This document shows, piece after piece, positions 30,241 through 41,447 of a stretch of DNA of 64,000 nt (the first letter of the stretch is position 1; the number at the start of each line of letters is the position of its first letter). This DNA comes from an uncultured Chloroflexia bacterium (GTDB lineage Bacteria; Chloroflexota; Anaerolineae; B4-G1; SLSP01): the NCBI GenBank assembly GCA_963751345.1, contig CAVVUS010000023.1, positions 192,001 through 256,000 of the forward strand. The letters are read 5' to 3'. The translations under genes and the position numbers were made by a program. The notes below the pieces were generated by a model that saw nothing but the letters and a program-made list of their open reading frames with translations, was not told the DNA's origin and did no database searches.

Positions 30241-31432
30241 CTATCGCGAGCCGGGGTAGTCGCGCGGCGGATGTCTCAGCAGCTCCGCCTCGATCGAGAT
30301 CGGAACCCAGGCCGGGCCGATCGGGCACTTTCAGATAGCCGTCCTCGACCTCGAAGGGATGTGTCATCAGGTCGTCGCGCCACGGCGCGTCGTCGACGTC
30401 GAGTTCCAGAATAGCGAAGTTGGGGATCGTGGCGCAGAGGTTCGCCGAGATCAACGTTGTGAGCGGGCTGTGGCAGTTATGGGGCGCGACCAGGACATCA
30501 TAGGTGTATGCGAAGTCGGCGATCTTCTTGCCCATCGTGAGGCCGTTCCAGGCCAGATCGGGCATGATGACGTCCTGGGCGTGAAGCTCCAGATAGGGGC
30601 GGTAGCCCTGGGTGCCGAAGAGGCTCTCGCCGTGGCAGATCGGCGTCGACGTCGCGTCGCGGATCACCCGCAGCGCCGCAGGGTCGAAGGTCTCGGTCTC
30701 CAGCCACATCATATCGTAGGGCTCCAGCGCGCGGGCGAGCTTGGCCGCCGCTCCGAGCTTGAACTCGAAGGCGACGTCGAGGGCGATACCCACATCCGGT
30801 CCCAGCACCTCACGGAAGATACTGACCACGGCGACGGCATCGCGAAGCGTGGCAGGGGCAATGGCGCCGGTCGGGTGGGTGAAGATGTCGCGGTCGGCCG
30901 CCGTGTCCGGACGGTCGGCCAGCCGGATCAGGTTGGTCTTGAGTGCTGTGTACCCGCGCGCAGCGACTTCCACCGCAAAGGCGCGCAGGTCGTCGCTGGT
31001 CTCGATCGCGGGGAGCCCGAGCGCCTTCGCCCATGCCGGCCGTGCGCGGGTGGATCCACAATGCGTCCAGTAGAGGCGCAGACGGTCGCGCATTTTGCCC
31101 CCCAGGAGCTGCCATACGGGGACGCCAAGCGCCTTGCCGCGGATGTCCCAGAGGGCAGAATCGATGCCCGCGGCGGCCTTAGAGGCGATGCCGCCGGTGT
31201 GACGGACCGAGGCGGCGGATAGGTCCCACCAGATGGCCTCGACCTGCATCGGGTCGCGGCCGACCACGAAATCCGCCCACCGCGCCACGGTGGCTGCGAT
31301 AGGGCCGGGTGCGCCCCAGTCGGTGCAGTCGCCCCATCCGACCAGGCCCGGGTCGCTCGTCTCCACTTTGACGAAGGTCCACGGACGGAAACCCCCGTCG
31401 ACGATGAACGTCTTGATGGCGGTGATGCGCAT
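30241..31432 (-). CDS. Mandelate racemase/muconate lactonizing enzyme family protein (C-terminal frameshift near 30290)
   Basis: GIDSALWDIRGKALGVPVWQLLGG, LKTN, WLETE, CHGES, APHNCHSP, PDRPGLG. The ORF extension to 29945 is taken as artefactual. Confidence 0.85.
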
Positions 31433-31452
31433 AGATCGCTCCTAACCGTGCC

Positions 31453-31938
31453 TCAGTTTTGTGTCTCCAGATAGGGTGCCATCTGCTGATATCGTTCGCG
31501 GTAGATCCTGATGGTGCCGACCTCCGGCTCGCCGATCACCAGCCGGATCGCGGGGCGTCCGTAGAGGCGCGCCGACTGCGTCTCCACGATCTCGGACCAC
31601 GGGATCAGCAGTCTGGCCTTTGTCAGCATGGGCGGTCGTACCCAAAGGTACAGTCCCTCGTCGCTCATGGCGATATCCACGCAATTGCGGTAGCGGATCG
31701 TGCCCACGCCGATCGTCTGGCCGGTCCAGCTTGTGCCGTTGGACGCGCCCGCGGGCGCCCGGGTTGCAGGGTAGGCCTCGGCCAGTCTGGCCAGGCCACT
31801 GACGTTGGCAAACGGTCCCATTCTGGTCACCTCGCTCTCCTCCGGTCTGACCGCGGGCTCACCTGGGGCTATCTGCCGTGAGGCAATCGGGCGGGTGCAG
31901 CCGGCGGTAGTCAATAAGAACAGCAGAAAGATATGCTC
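31453..31938 (-). CDS. Hypothetical protein
   Basis: SGLARLAEAYP..RYRNCVDIAMSDEGLYL..LLIPWSEI looks like a folded domain. Start uncertain. Confidence 0.45.
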   Translation of the reverse strand, partial: EHIFLLFLLTTAGCTRPIASRQIAPGEPAVRPEESEVTRMGPFANVSGLARLAEAYPATRAPAGASNGTSWTGQTIGVGTIRYRNCVDIAMSDEGLYLWVRPPMLTKARLLIPWSEIVETQSARLYGRPAIRLVIGEPEVGTIRIYRERYQQMAPYLETQN

Positions 31939-32201
31939 AAGTCTAGTGGGTCTCATTTTACGCACTTTTGCGGTGACTCGTCGTCTTCGTTCTGGGCACC
32001 ACATCTGACCACCATGATGAGTCTACTCTTGGGTTCGCTCCAGATCGCGTCGAGGAGATGCGGTCGCTCTACGGTCGCCCGGTCATCCGCGGGACCGAAC
32101 CCAAGGGCATAGCCGAACTCCTCTGGGAGAGCATTACCTCACCGACGATGCTCGCCAGTGCGTGGATCGAGGTCCGGGAATGGGTCGCGCTCGGGTGACG
32201 G

Positions 32202-33368
32202 CTAGTCGAAGTACGTGTCGCCGTTCCACAGAAGCGACTTCGCGACGTCGTCGTTGAGTTCGACACCAATGCCGGGACCCTCCGAGACGTGCATGTACCC
32301 GTGATCGATGAAGGGCTTGTCCCCGTCGCAGAGATCGTTCCACCAGGGGATCTCGCGGCCGTGGAACTCCAGGACGAAGAAGTTGGGCACCGAGGCGCAG
32401 ACGTGGCAGGCCGCCATCATGCCCAGCGGGGAGCTGACGTTGTGCGGCGCCATCGGCACGTAGAAGGCGTCGGCGATCTCCGCGATGCGTTTGCCTTCCA
32501 TGATCCCGCCGGCCTTGGAGAGGTCGGGCATGATCACGTCCACGGCTTGCCGCTGGAGCAGCTCCAGGAACTCGAAGCGAGTGTACTGGTTCTCGCCGCT
32601 GCAGATCACGGTGCTGGTCGATGCTTTCACCTGTGCGAGGGCGTCGACGTTCTCAGCGGGCACGGGCTCCTCCAGCCACATCAGGCGTAGATCCTCCACG
32701 GCCTTCGCCAGCGTGATTGCTGAAGGAATGTCGAACTGGCCGTGGCAGTCAATGGCCAGGTCGATGTCCCAACCAATCGCCTCACGACTGGCGCGGATGA
32801 GCTCGATGATGTGGTTCATCTCTTTGGCGCCGACGGTCCAGTTGACCGGGTCGAGCTTGCCGACACCGGTGTGGTCGACGTCGAACTTGACAGCACTGTA
32901 CCCTTCTTGCTCCACGACCTCGGCCGCTTTCTCGGCGTAGGCCTCAGGTGTCTCCTCATCGCCGGCGTGCAGGTCGGCATAGAGCCGGATCTTGTCGCGG
33001 TAGGCGCCACCCAGAAGCCTGTAGACGGGCACGCCCAGCGCTTTGCCGGTGATGTCGTAGAGGGCATTCTCAATCCCCGTGATCGCGAAGATGATGGGGG
33101 CGCTGCTCGTTCCACCATATCGCCCGCGGCGGCGGAGCAGCTCGTAGAGAGGGCCGGCGTCCATCGGATCCTTCCCGATCAGGAAGGGCTTCATCGTCAG
33201 GATGGCCTCCTTGACGGCAAAGCCGGAGGCGCCGGCAGCGGCCGAATTGCACTCGCCGGTGCCGACGATGCCTTCGTCGGTGTACACACGGACGAAGGTC
33301 CAAATACAGCCGCCGCTGGCGGGCTCGTTTCGACCGATGACACAAGCTTGGATGTCGGTGATCTTCAT
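32202..33368 (-). CDS. Mandelate racemase/MLE family acid-sugar dehydratase-like protein
   Basis: MKITDI, TDEGIVGTGE, GIENALYDITGKALGVP, KFDVD, DCHG, WLEEP, GEN, APHNVSSP. Confidence 0.88.
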   Translation of the reverse strand: MKITDIQACVIGRNEPASGGCIWTFVRVYTDEGIVGTGECNSAAAGASGFAVKEAILTMKPFLIGKDPMDAGPLYELLRRRGRYGGTSSAPIIFAITGIENALYDITGKALGVPVYRLLGGAYRDKIRLYADLHAGDEETPEAYAEKAAEVVEQEGYSAVKFDVDHTGVGKLDPVNWTVGAKEMNHIIELIRASREAIGWDIDLAIDCHGQFDIPSAITLAKAVEDLRLMWLEEPVPAENVDALAQVKASTSTVICSGENQYTRFEFLELLQRQAVDVIMPDLSKAGGIMEGKRIAEIADAFYVPMAPHNVSSPLGMMAACHVCASVPNFFVLEFHGREIPWWNDLCDGDKPFIDHGYMHVSEGPGIGVELNDDVAKSLLWNGDTYFD

Positions 33369-33459
33369 TGCAGTCGTCTCCTTTGCATCAACACGCCCGC
33401 TGACTCGTGGTCTGATCTGATCTGAAGGGCGCTGCGGTTCCCGTGGGCGGCAGACTCTA

Positions 33460-36400
33460 TCAGTCCTGGGTCTGGTCTGCGATCGCGGACCTCGGCAACC
33501 ATACATGAAAGGTTGCACCATGGCCCAGCTCACTCTCTACGTCAATGCGCCCGCCGTGCTCTTGCACGATATTGCGGCTCACGAATAGCCCCAGCCCAAG
33601 TCCCAGCTCCTTGGTGCTGTGGAAGGCTTCGAACATGCGCCGCACTTCTTCCGGCGCGATGCCCAATCCCGAATCGGCAAATGAGATCCGCACACCGAGC
33701 GGCTCTTCCGTGTCTCCTGCTCGTATGCGCAACTCCCCTCCGTCAGGCATAGCGTCGATGGCGTTCAGCACCAGGTTCAGAAACACCTGCTGGATGTGTT
33801 CGCCTACTATCGCGACGGGCTGCAGGCCATCGTCGCCCTCCCATATCAACTCCACGCCACGGTTCTGGGCCTGATTGCGGGTGAGAAGCATCACCTTTCT
33901 CACCAGGTCGCCCACGTTAGTCAGCTCCCTGTGCCCTTCTCCACCTCGGCCCATATCGCGCATCCGGTGCACGATTCGCGCGGCGCGCCTCAACTCGTCC
34001 ATCGCCACGCTCATATACTCCGTGGCGTCCTCGCCATCATCAAGATTCTCCATCGCCAAACCCAGGCATCCGACCACGGCCTGGATCGGATTGTTGATCT
34101 CGTGGGCCAGCGAAGCCGTCATGCGTCCCATGGCCGCCAGGCGTTCCGTCTGGATCAGCGCCTCGTGAGCACGTTTGCGTTCGGTGATGTCGCGTGCGGC
34201 CGCAAAGATGCCGGTGACCTCTCCCCTCTCATTGCGGTAGACCGAGGCGTTGTAGAGGACGGAGGTGATATGGCCATCGCGATGCCGTAGCTCGAGTTCG
34301 AGGTCGTGTACCGAACCCTCGCGGAAGACGTGCTCATAGCTGGCACGCGACCACGGCCGGCGCGGTGAAGTAGTCGGAGAAATCTGTCCCGATGAGCTCG
34401 GAGCCGCGAGCGTCCTGTCGCGGTCTCGGCTGCCGTGTTGACGTCGGTGATTCTCCCATCCGGCCCAATGGTCACCAGCGGATCGAGGCTGGCCTCGATC
34501 AGGCTACGGTTGTAGGCATTGGCCTGATGTAGTGCTTCCTCGGCCCGCTTGCGCTCGGTGATGTCATCCACCAGAGCCAGCACGAGAGGCGGGGCCCCGG
34601 CGTCCTCCCGGAGCCACGACACCGTGGCGTTGGCGTCGCCCCTCTGTCCATCCCTGCGGCGGTAGCGAGTCTCAATCGAGGTCTCGCTCGCCTGCCGGGC
34701 CACGAGTTCCGTAAGCCACGTCTGGGCAGCGGGGTCGGCGTTATCCAGGAGTCGCACGAAGTCCATACCCACTAGCTCCTGTTCGCTGTACCCAAGCATC
34801 CGCCGCAGCGCCGGGTTGGTGGCGACCAGCCTGCCCTCGGCAGTCGCCAGGGCTATGCCGATGCCCGCCCCCTCGAAGATGGTTCGGAAGCGCGCTTCGC
34901 TCGCCTCCAGAGAGGCTGTTCGCTCCTGCACGAGCGTCTCGAGTTCGTCGGCGTGGCGCTGTACCTGCTCGTACAAATAGACCTGCTCCAGGCCAATGGC
35001 CAGCTGTAGGGCCAGCTCGTGTATCACCTCGATGTGCTCAGCCGGGACCGCGCCGGGCGTCGCCATGCCGACACCGAGCATGCCCAGAAGCCGTTCGTGG
35101 ATCAGGACCGGCTCGTAGATCTGGGCACGCACGCCTTCTGCCCGGAGTTGGGCAATCAGCGACGACGAAGATGGCAGCGCCTGCAAGTCGTCGACGATAT
35201 AGCTTCTGCCCTCCATCAACTCTGCGAACACCGGGTCCCACGTCGGGTCTGCAGGGCCTCGCCAGCCACTGCCGAGCGCGCTCTCGTCCCTTGCTGGCTG
35301 AAGGTCGCCAGCAGTGACAGTTCCTGCGTGTCCGGCTCATAGATCACCACGCTGGTGCGCAGGCACGGGAGCAACTGGGAGATCTGCCGCACGACCGTCT
35401 GGGCTGCCTCCTGCAGCGAATGCGCGGCAATGATGCGTCTCGTCGATCTCGTGGAGGGAACGCAGTCGTTCTGCATAGCGGTGCAGCGACTTCTCAGCCT
35501 GTTTCTGCTCGGTTATGTCCTGGAAGTAGACCGATATGCCGCCGCCTTCCCGCGGGAAACAGCGATTGTGGAACCAGCGGCCCCAAGGCTCGTAGTAGTT
35601 CTCGAAGTCGCGAATCTCCCCGGCCGCAGCCCGACGATATTCGCGCTCCAGCACGGTCCCGAGCGTGAGCGGGAAGACTTCCCAGTGGCTCCGGCCGAGT
35701 ACCTCGTCGCGGCGAATGCCCAGAATACGCTCCGCAGGGGCGTTGACGTAGACGAAACGCCAGTCGGCATCACAGGCAAAGAAGCCGTCGCCAATGCTCT
35801 CCAGGGTGGTTCTGAGCAGTTCCTGGTGAGCTTTCTGTTCGCTAATGTCGCGCCAGGCGACAATGCCGCCGATCACGTTGCCGGCAGCATTGCGGATTGG
35901 CCCAGCGGAGCACAGAAGCGGAACGTGCTCGCCGCGAGAGTTGGCCTGCACGAGTTCCACATCCTTGACGATCTCACCGTGCTTAACTGCCCGCATCACA
36001 GGTAGCTCGTCGTCAGGCAATAGTGTTTCGCCATCAGCCTGATAGACTCGCCACTGGGCAGCCACATCCGTCGTCTGCATGCCCTCGTGCGGACCCCCGA
36101 GGAGCTCCTCCCCGTAGCGACTGACGCGGGTCATGTTGAGCGCCGCATCTACCATCGTGATGCCTTCAGGCACATATTCCATCAGCGCCGAAAGCATCCG
36201 GTCGCCCTCCTCGGCCCTGGCAAGGGCCTCACGCAACTGCTTTTCTGCGCGTTTACGTTCGGTGATGTCGCGGGCGATGACCGTCGCGCCCGCAGGCTTC
36301 CCGCTTTCGTCTGCGGTGAACGTGACGTCCAGGCCTACGTCGAGGACGCGACCGTCGCGGCCGCTCACCCTGTATTCAGCGGCACGTATCCGGTTTCTCT

Positions 36401-37251
36401 CCATTGACCCACGTGGCGATTTGGCTCCGAAACGGGGCGCGGTCTTTCTCATCGAGCAAGCCAAGCGGGTCCATTGCCAGCAGCTCCTCACGGCCGAAGC
36501 CGAGCATGTCGCACATGGCGTCGTTGACGGAGACGAATCTCTCGGCCGGAAAGTCGATTTCGCAGATGGCTACCGGCGCGTGCCTGACAAGCTCCCGATA
36601 ATTCCGTTCGGTCTCGAGACGCGCGGCCTCACTCTCGCGTAAGGCCGCTTCGGTCTTCCGCTGCTCACTGCTCTCGATGATCTGCCAGCGACCGGCCCGC
36701 TTGAGGAGGGCGAAACGATGGTTGCTCACCACATCCATAATCTCGGCTGCACCACACCTGTCGAGGCTGTAGGTACAGAGCGCCAGCATGCGATACTGGC
36801 CGATGACGCGGTTGACAGCCTCTTCGTAGGCGGTGAAGTCGTCCCAGTCCTCGTCCTCAAGCCAGAAGGTGTTGCCTGTCAAGCGTAGACCCTCGAAGCC
36901 TCGATCGAGGGCGCCCTGCAGTTTGTCGACCCAGCCCTGGAGCACGTCGTCGGCGTTGAAGCTGCCGGTGCGAGTGTACCACTGGGTATAGTCCAGGATC
37001 TCGATCTGGCCTCTGCGAAGATAGTCGTCGAGGGCAGGTTCCGCGGCCCCCAGGGCTGCCCGTGCCTCGTCCACTCCCAGGGGCTCGGAAGTAACCCACA
37101 TGCAAAACTCGTTGTCGGTCAGCCCCTGTCGGAAATAGGGCACCAGGATATCGATGAGGTCCTGCTTGTTCTGGTAGAACTGGCAGAGGTGGGTACCCCA
37201 CGCCGCGTTGCCAACGACGTCTATCCCCGTGCGCCTGAAGTGCTCTTCCAT
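33460..37251 (-). CDS. Cytoplasmic MEDS-multiPAS-GAF-PAS sensor histidine kinase (several frameshifts)
   Basis: WGTHLCQFY..GLRLTGN..LCTY (MEDS), repeated DITERKRAE PAC ends, GAF, SLAHEINNP H-box, QVFLNLVLNA, DSGLGI, GLGLGL. Confidence 0.85.
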
Positions 37252-37487
37252 CCGTGCCTCTATAACCTGGCTTTCGCGCCAATGCGGCGATGTCCTTGTT
37301 TCAAGGTGACGCCCGGCTCAGTATAAGCTTCTCCTACCAATAGGCCAGTGGCGAAGGTGGTTGGCCGAGGATCATATCCACCCATCTCTCCGGCGTCTCC
37401 TGCTATGCAAAGTACGGGATGCTCGCTATACTCGCGAGCGGCGGCGTGCGATTTCAATTATGTGGCAAGTGGGGAAGGAGATGGCAG

Positions 37488-37836
37488 ATGATGGACCCAA
37501 GCTATCTGGAGCACTATGAGGCGCTTCTGAGAATTCGCCATCGGGCAGCCCGAAGGATGCGACCTCACCCGCTGGGTATTCATTGTCTCTATGCTGGTGG
37601 TTCTTCGCGTCCGGCCTTCTTGGCCACCTACAAGGGCTAACGCTCTACGTAGCCACGCCTTCTCGTTGCGTTCGGTGCTGCCTACTGGTCGCGTGAAGTC
37701 GAAATCGCCACGACCGAGCATCTGTTCGAGCTTGTTGAGCCTCCGGAATCGAGATCGCTGGCCAAGGCACGTCCGGTTGGATCGCCGGCCACCGGGCTTG
37801 CTGCGTCCGCCGTCCAGATACTGCGCAATAGGCTAG
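37488..37836 (+). CDS. Possible small membrane protein, frameshifted
   Basis: SD AAGGAG then MMDPSYLEHYEALLRIRHRAARR. Hydrophobic pieces (WVFIVSMLVVL, FGAAYWSREVE) lie in neighbouring frames. Confidence 0.25.
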
Positions 37837-39978
37837 CCCGAAAGCGTGCGCCGGAAATCGCCGGCAGCGTTTCTTCCGGCGGGATGAGTCGCCAGGCACC
37901 CGGGCACGAACTTGCGTGCCGCGCCCCGGTGCGCTGACGATGTCCAATGTGCCTCCCATACTGGCCGCACGCTCGCGCATCGACTGCAGGCCCAAGTGAC
38001 CCGGGTAAGCGATCGATGGGTCAAAGCCTAGGCCATCGTCGGACACCTCAAGTTCGAGGCTCCCCCCTTCGCATGCCAGATGCACATCCAGGCGGCCGGG
38101 GCCCGCGTGTTTGGCTGCGTTGTTCAATGCCTCTTGGGCAATGCGATAGAGCGCTTCCTTGGCCAAGATCGACACATCCGGCTCATCGCACAAGCTCAGC
38201 CCTACTTCGATGCTTCCGCGTGCGCGCAGCGCTGATGCCTGATGGGTCAACGCTGCCACCAAGCCTTCCGTCTTCAGCGACTCGGGTCGCAGATCAAATA
38301 TGAGGGCACGCATCTCGGTAAGGCCGTTCTGGGCCAGGGAGAGCACGTAACTCAACGCTTCACGTACCTTGGCCCGATTGGTGTCGAACAGCTTGATCGC
38401 CGTGTTGGCCCCCAACGCGATACCGTACAGCGCCTGCGATACGGAGTCGTGCAGCTCGCGCGCCAGGCGTTGGCGCTCCTCCTGCGCTGTGCGGTCCCGA
38501 GTGCTCTGCGCCAACTGTACCTGCACCCGGCGCAGGATAATCTCTGACTGTCTGCGTCGGGTGATATCGTGGGCAATCGCTGCGAGGCAGGGCTCTCCGT
38601 TGACTGTCATAGGCGTCAACGAGAAAAGGAGTGTGGCGGTGTCGCCCTGTTCTGTCGCAAGATCGAGCTCGTAGTCGGCCACCCGCCCGTGTGTCAGGAG
38701 CAGCTCCTGCAGCTCGGGCAACTTCTCCGGCGGTAAGAGGTGCCTCAACTGGGACCAATTCAGGCCGACGACCTCGGCGCGCGCATAACCCAGGATCTTG
38801 GTGAAGGCCTCGTTGATGTCGAGCAGCACACCGTCAGCCGCCCTGAAAATGCCGATAACGTCGGGCGACGAGTGGAACAGCGCGGCGAACTTGGCCTCCG
38901 AGGAGCGGCTTGCCTCTTCTGCGCGCTTGCGGTCGGTGATATCGAGGCAGATGCCGCTCATTCGAGCAGGCCGATTCTCTCGATCGTAGGCACCCTTTCC
39001 GAGCACGCTTATCCAGCGGAGCTGCCCGTCAGGCAGCATAACCCGGTACTCGCTGGCGAGTTCGGAGTGCTCCTCCAGGGCCACGGCTATCTGCTCTCCG
39101 GCCCGCTCGCGGTCGTCGACGTAGAGCACGGACCACCAGGCATCAAGTGAAGCTTCTGTGGTGTCTTCATCCAGGCCAAGGAGGTCGAACGTAATTGACG
39201 ACCATCTGAGTTGGCCGGTTGCGGAGTCCCAATCCCACGAGCCTGCGCCGGCGGCGGCCTGAGTGAACTTGAGCCGCTCCACCGACTCCTCCAGCATTGC
39301 CTCAGCCTGCCGGCGTTCCGTGACATCCTGGCTGAAGACTGCCAGCCGGGTGATGTTGTCCTCAGCATCGCAGATCGGATGCACGTAGTTTTCCAGCGTC
39401 CTGCCGGCCCGCTCGTCAGTAAAATGCAGGGGCTGACCGGACTGCAGAGCGATATCCAGATACGCCCTTCTTCTTTCCTTCACGTCGGGTGGAAAGTAAT
39501 CGAAGAGGGAAGAACCCACAAAGTCCTTGTCTGTGGCGCCTACTCGCCGAGCCGCCGCTTCATTTGCCGCCAGGACGATGCCGGAGGTATCGATCAGCAG
39601 GGCAGCGTCAGGCGAGGCATCCATCAATGCGCGCTCCGTCTCCCGGGCTTCGCGCAGCGCTCCCTCAATGCGCTCTCTCCGAGCGATTTCGACCTTCAGC
39701 CTTTCGTTGGACCATTCCAGTTCTGCCGTGCGCTGGCGCACCCGCAACTCCAGGGTGTCATGCGACTGCTGCATCGCTGCGGCGGCTTGGCGGCGTGACT
39801 CCATCGTCCGGTGCGTCGAGACATAGACGATGAGGGCGCCCGACGCCACGAGGATGATGTGCGATGTCGTAAGCAGACGGGAGGCGCGCATCCAGCTGTC
39901 GAGGACGAAGTCCAGCAGGAGAAACCCTATGGCGAATAGGGCTGAGATCACGGCGGCCTGGTAAACCGTCCTCTTCAT
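37645..39978 (-). CDS. Membrane-anchored multi-PAS sensor histidine kinase, HisKA_3 (true stop probably near 37833)
   Basis: Two TMs, three PAS/PAC, ERQRLARELHDSVSQAL, EALNNAAKHA, DDGLGF, GHLGLQSMRER. Confidence 0.88.
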   Translation of the reverse strand: MKRTVYQAAVISALFAIGFLLLDFVLDSWMRASRLLTTSHIILVASGALIVYVSTHRTMESRRQAAAAMQQSHDTLELRVRQRTAELEWSNERLKVEIARRERIEGALREARETERALMDASPDAALLIDTSGIVLAANEAAARRVGATDKDFVGSSLFDYFPPDVKERRRAYLDIALQSGQPLHFTDERAGRTLENYVHPICDAEDNITRLAVFSQDVTERRQAEAMLEESVERLKFTQAAAGAGSWDWDSATGQLRWSSITFDLLGLDEDTTEASLDAWWSVLYVDDRERAGEQIAVALEEHSELASEYRVMLPDGQLRWISVLGKGAYDRENRPARMSGICLDITDRKRAEEASRSSEAKFAALFHSSPDVIGIFRAADGVLLDINEAFTKILGYARAEVVGLNWSQLRHLLPPEKLPELQELLLTHGRVADYELDLATEQGDTATLLFSLTPMTVNGEPCLAAIAHDITRRRQSEIILRRVQVQLAQSTRDRTAQEERQRLARELHDSVSQALYGIALGANTAIKLFDTNRAKVREALSYVLSLAQNGLTEMRALIFDLRPESLKTEGLVAALTHQASALRARGSIEVGLSLCDEPDVSILAKEALYRIAQEALNNAAKHAGPGRLDVHLACEGGSLELEVSDDGLGFDPSIAYPGHLGLQSMRERAASMGGTLDIVSAPGRGTQVRARVPGDSSRRKKRCRRFPAHAFGLAYCAVSGRRTQQARWPAIQPDVPWPAISIPEAQQARTDARSWRFRLHATSRQHRTQREGVAT

Positions 39979-39996
39979 AGAGAGCTCCCAAGGATG

Positions 39997-40665
39997 CTAC
40001 CGAGTGCCGTTGACTGTGTTGGGACGCAGTGGTCTGGAAGGTACCAACCCGGCACGTACGGCGTAAAGTGCAGCTTGTGTGCGGCTGGACAGGTTCAGCT
40101 TCTCCAGTATGTGGCTGACGTGGGTTTTCGCGGTCTGCTCGGCGATGTGCAAAGTCCGGGAGATCTCCTTGTTTGACTTGCCCTGGGCAAGCAGCCGCAG
40201 TACATCCGTCTCGCGCTCAGTCAGCGAGTCCGCGCTCTGCTCGGGCGCGAAGAGCTCGTGCATCAGGCGTTCCGCGACCTGGGGGGCCAACTGCACCTGG
40301 CCGGCAGCGGCGGCCTTGATCGCACGGCACAGTTCGTCGGCTCGGGTATCCTTGAGTAGATAGCCGATGGCTCCCGCGCGCACGGCATCGGCGATCGTGG
40401 CTTGTTCCAGGACGCTGGTGAGCGCCACGACTTCGGTGTCGGGCATCTCGCTGCGGATGGCGACTGTTGCGGCAATGCCATCCATGACGGGCATAATCAG
40501 ATCCATCAGCACGACGTCAGGCGCAAGCTGGTGGGCGAGGCTGATAGCTTCCGCGCCGTTGCGCGCCTCGCCTACAATCTCTAGGTCCGGGTCTGAGCTC
40601 AGATACAGCCGCAATCCCTCCCGTACGACGCCGTGATCGTCCACAATCAATACACGGATCGGCAC
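39997..40665 (-). CDS. NarL/LuxR family response regulator
   Basis: VLIVDDHGVVREGL, PDVVLMD, GYLLKD, LTERETDVL, KTHVSHIL. Confidence 0.92.
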   Translation of the reverse strand: MPIRVLIVDDHGVVREGLRLYLSSDPDLEIVGEARNGAEAISLAHQLAPDVVLMDLIMPVMDGIAATVAIRSEMPDTEVVALTSVLEQATIADAVRAGAIGYLLKDTRADELCRAIKAAAAGQVQLAPQVAERLMHELFAPEQSADSLTERETDVLRLLAQGKSNKEISRTLHIAEQTAKTHVSHILEKLNLSSRTQAALYAVRAGLVPSRPLRPNTVNGTR

Positions 40666-40885
40666 CCCGTCCTCCTAATACTTTAGTATGTGCTCCGCAT
40701 CACTCCAATGTATCCGCACAAGATACCCCACTCACGTGATGCGGAGACGTGAGCAACACTCTATACTGGTATTACGATTCGACGTGTGCGCCGTAGAATC
40801 GAGCTGGTCCCCGGAGCTTCCTGACAGCGATTATAGCATGCGCTCGACACCAGGGAAACACATCGGTTCACGACTTGGGGTGGAG

Positions 40886-41275
40886 ATGATACGGCTCGTA
40901 ATTGTTGCAGGACAGCCAACACTCACGAAAGGCTTACAGATGCGTCTGGCAGCCGAATCGGACCTCGTGGTGGTTGGCGAGACGTTGGATTGTGAGGCTG
41001 CGTTGGACTTGGTCCAGCGACTCCGGCCCGACGTCGTGGTCGTCGACCTGGAGAGCCCACATAGGGATCAGATCGCGATGGCGAGCGTGCTTCGCGCCAT
41101 CTGCCTGGAGGTCCCGGTCATCATCCTAAGCATGCACGATGACTCGCTTGAGCGCGCATGGGCGGAGCGGGCCAGTGTAGCTGCGTTTGTGGGGAAATTC
41201 CTACCGGTGGAGGCGCTGCTGACGACCATTAGAGGGGTCGTCGGCGGCTATGGGCCGGCCAAGCTCGGCTCTTGA
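40886..41275 (+). CDS. Stand-alone receiver-domain protein (atypical acidic pocket)
   Basis: MIRLVIVAGQP (lacks the usual DD), RPDVVVVDL, VIILSMHDD, AFVGK. SD GGAG. Confidence 0.65.
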   Translation: MIRLVIVAGQPTLTKGLQMRLAAESDLVVVGETLDCEAALDLVQRLRPDVVVVDLESPHRDQIAMASVLRAICLEVPVIILSMHDDSLERAWAERASVAAFVGKFLPVEALLTTIRGVVGGYGPAKLGS

Positions 41276-41447
41276 GACAAGTGACTAGGAGGTGAACTCG
41301 GGGACAAAGGATTTTGACACCGGCTTCATTGCTGGGCTTCCACATGCTACAGACGCGCAACAGGCTTATGGCGCACGTTTGAGATCGTTGGGGTGGCCCA
41401 GGAACCAGCTGCCGTAGGTCATCGGTACTATTGAAAGGAGCAATACT

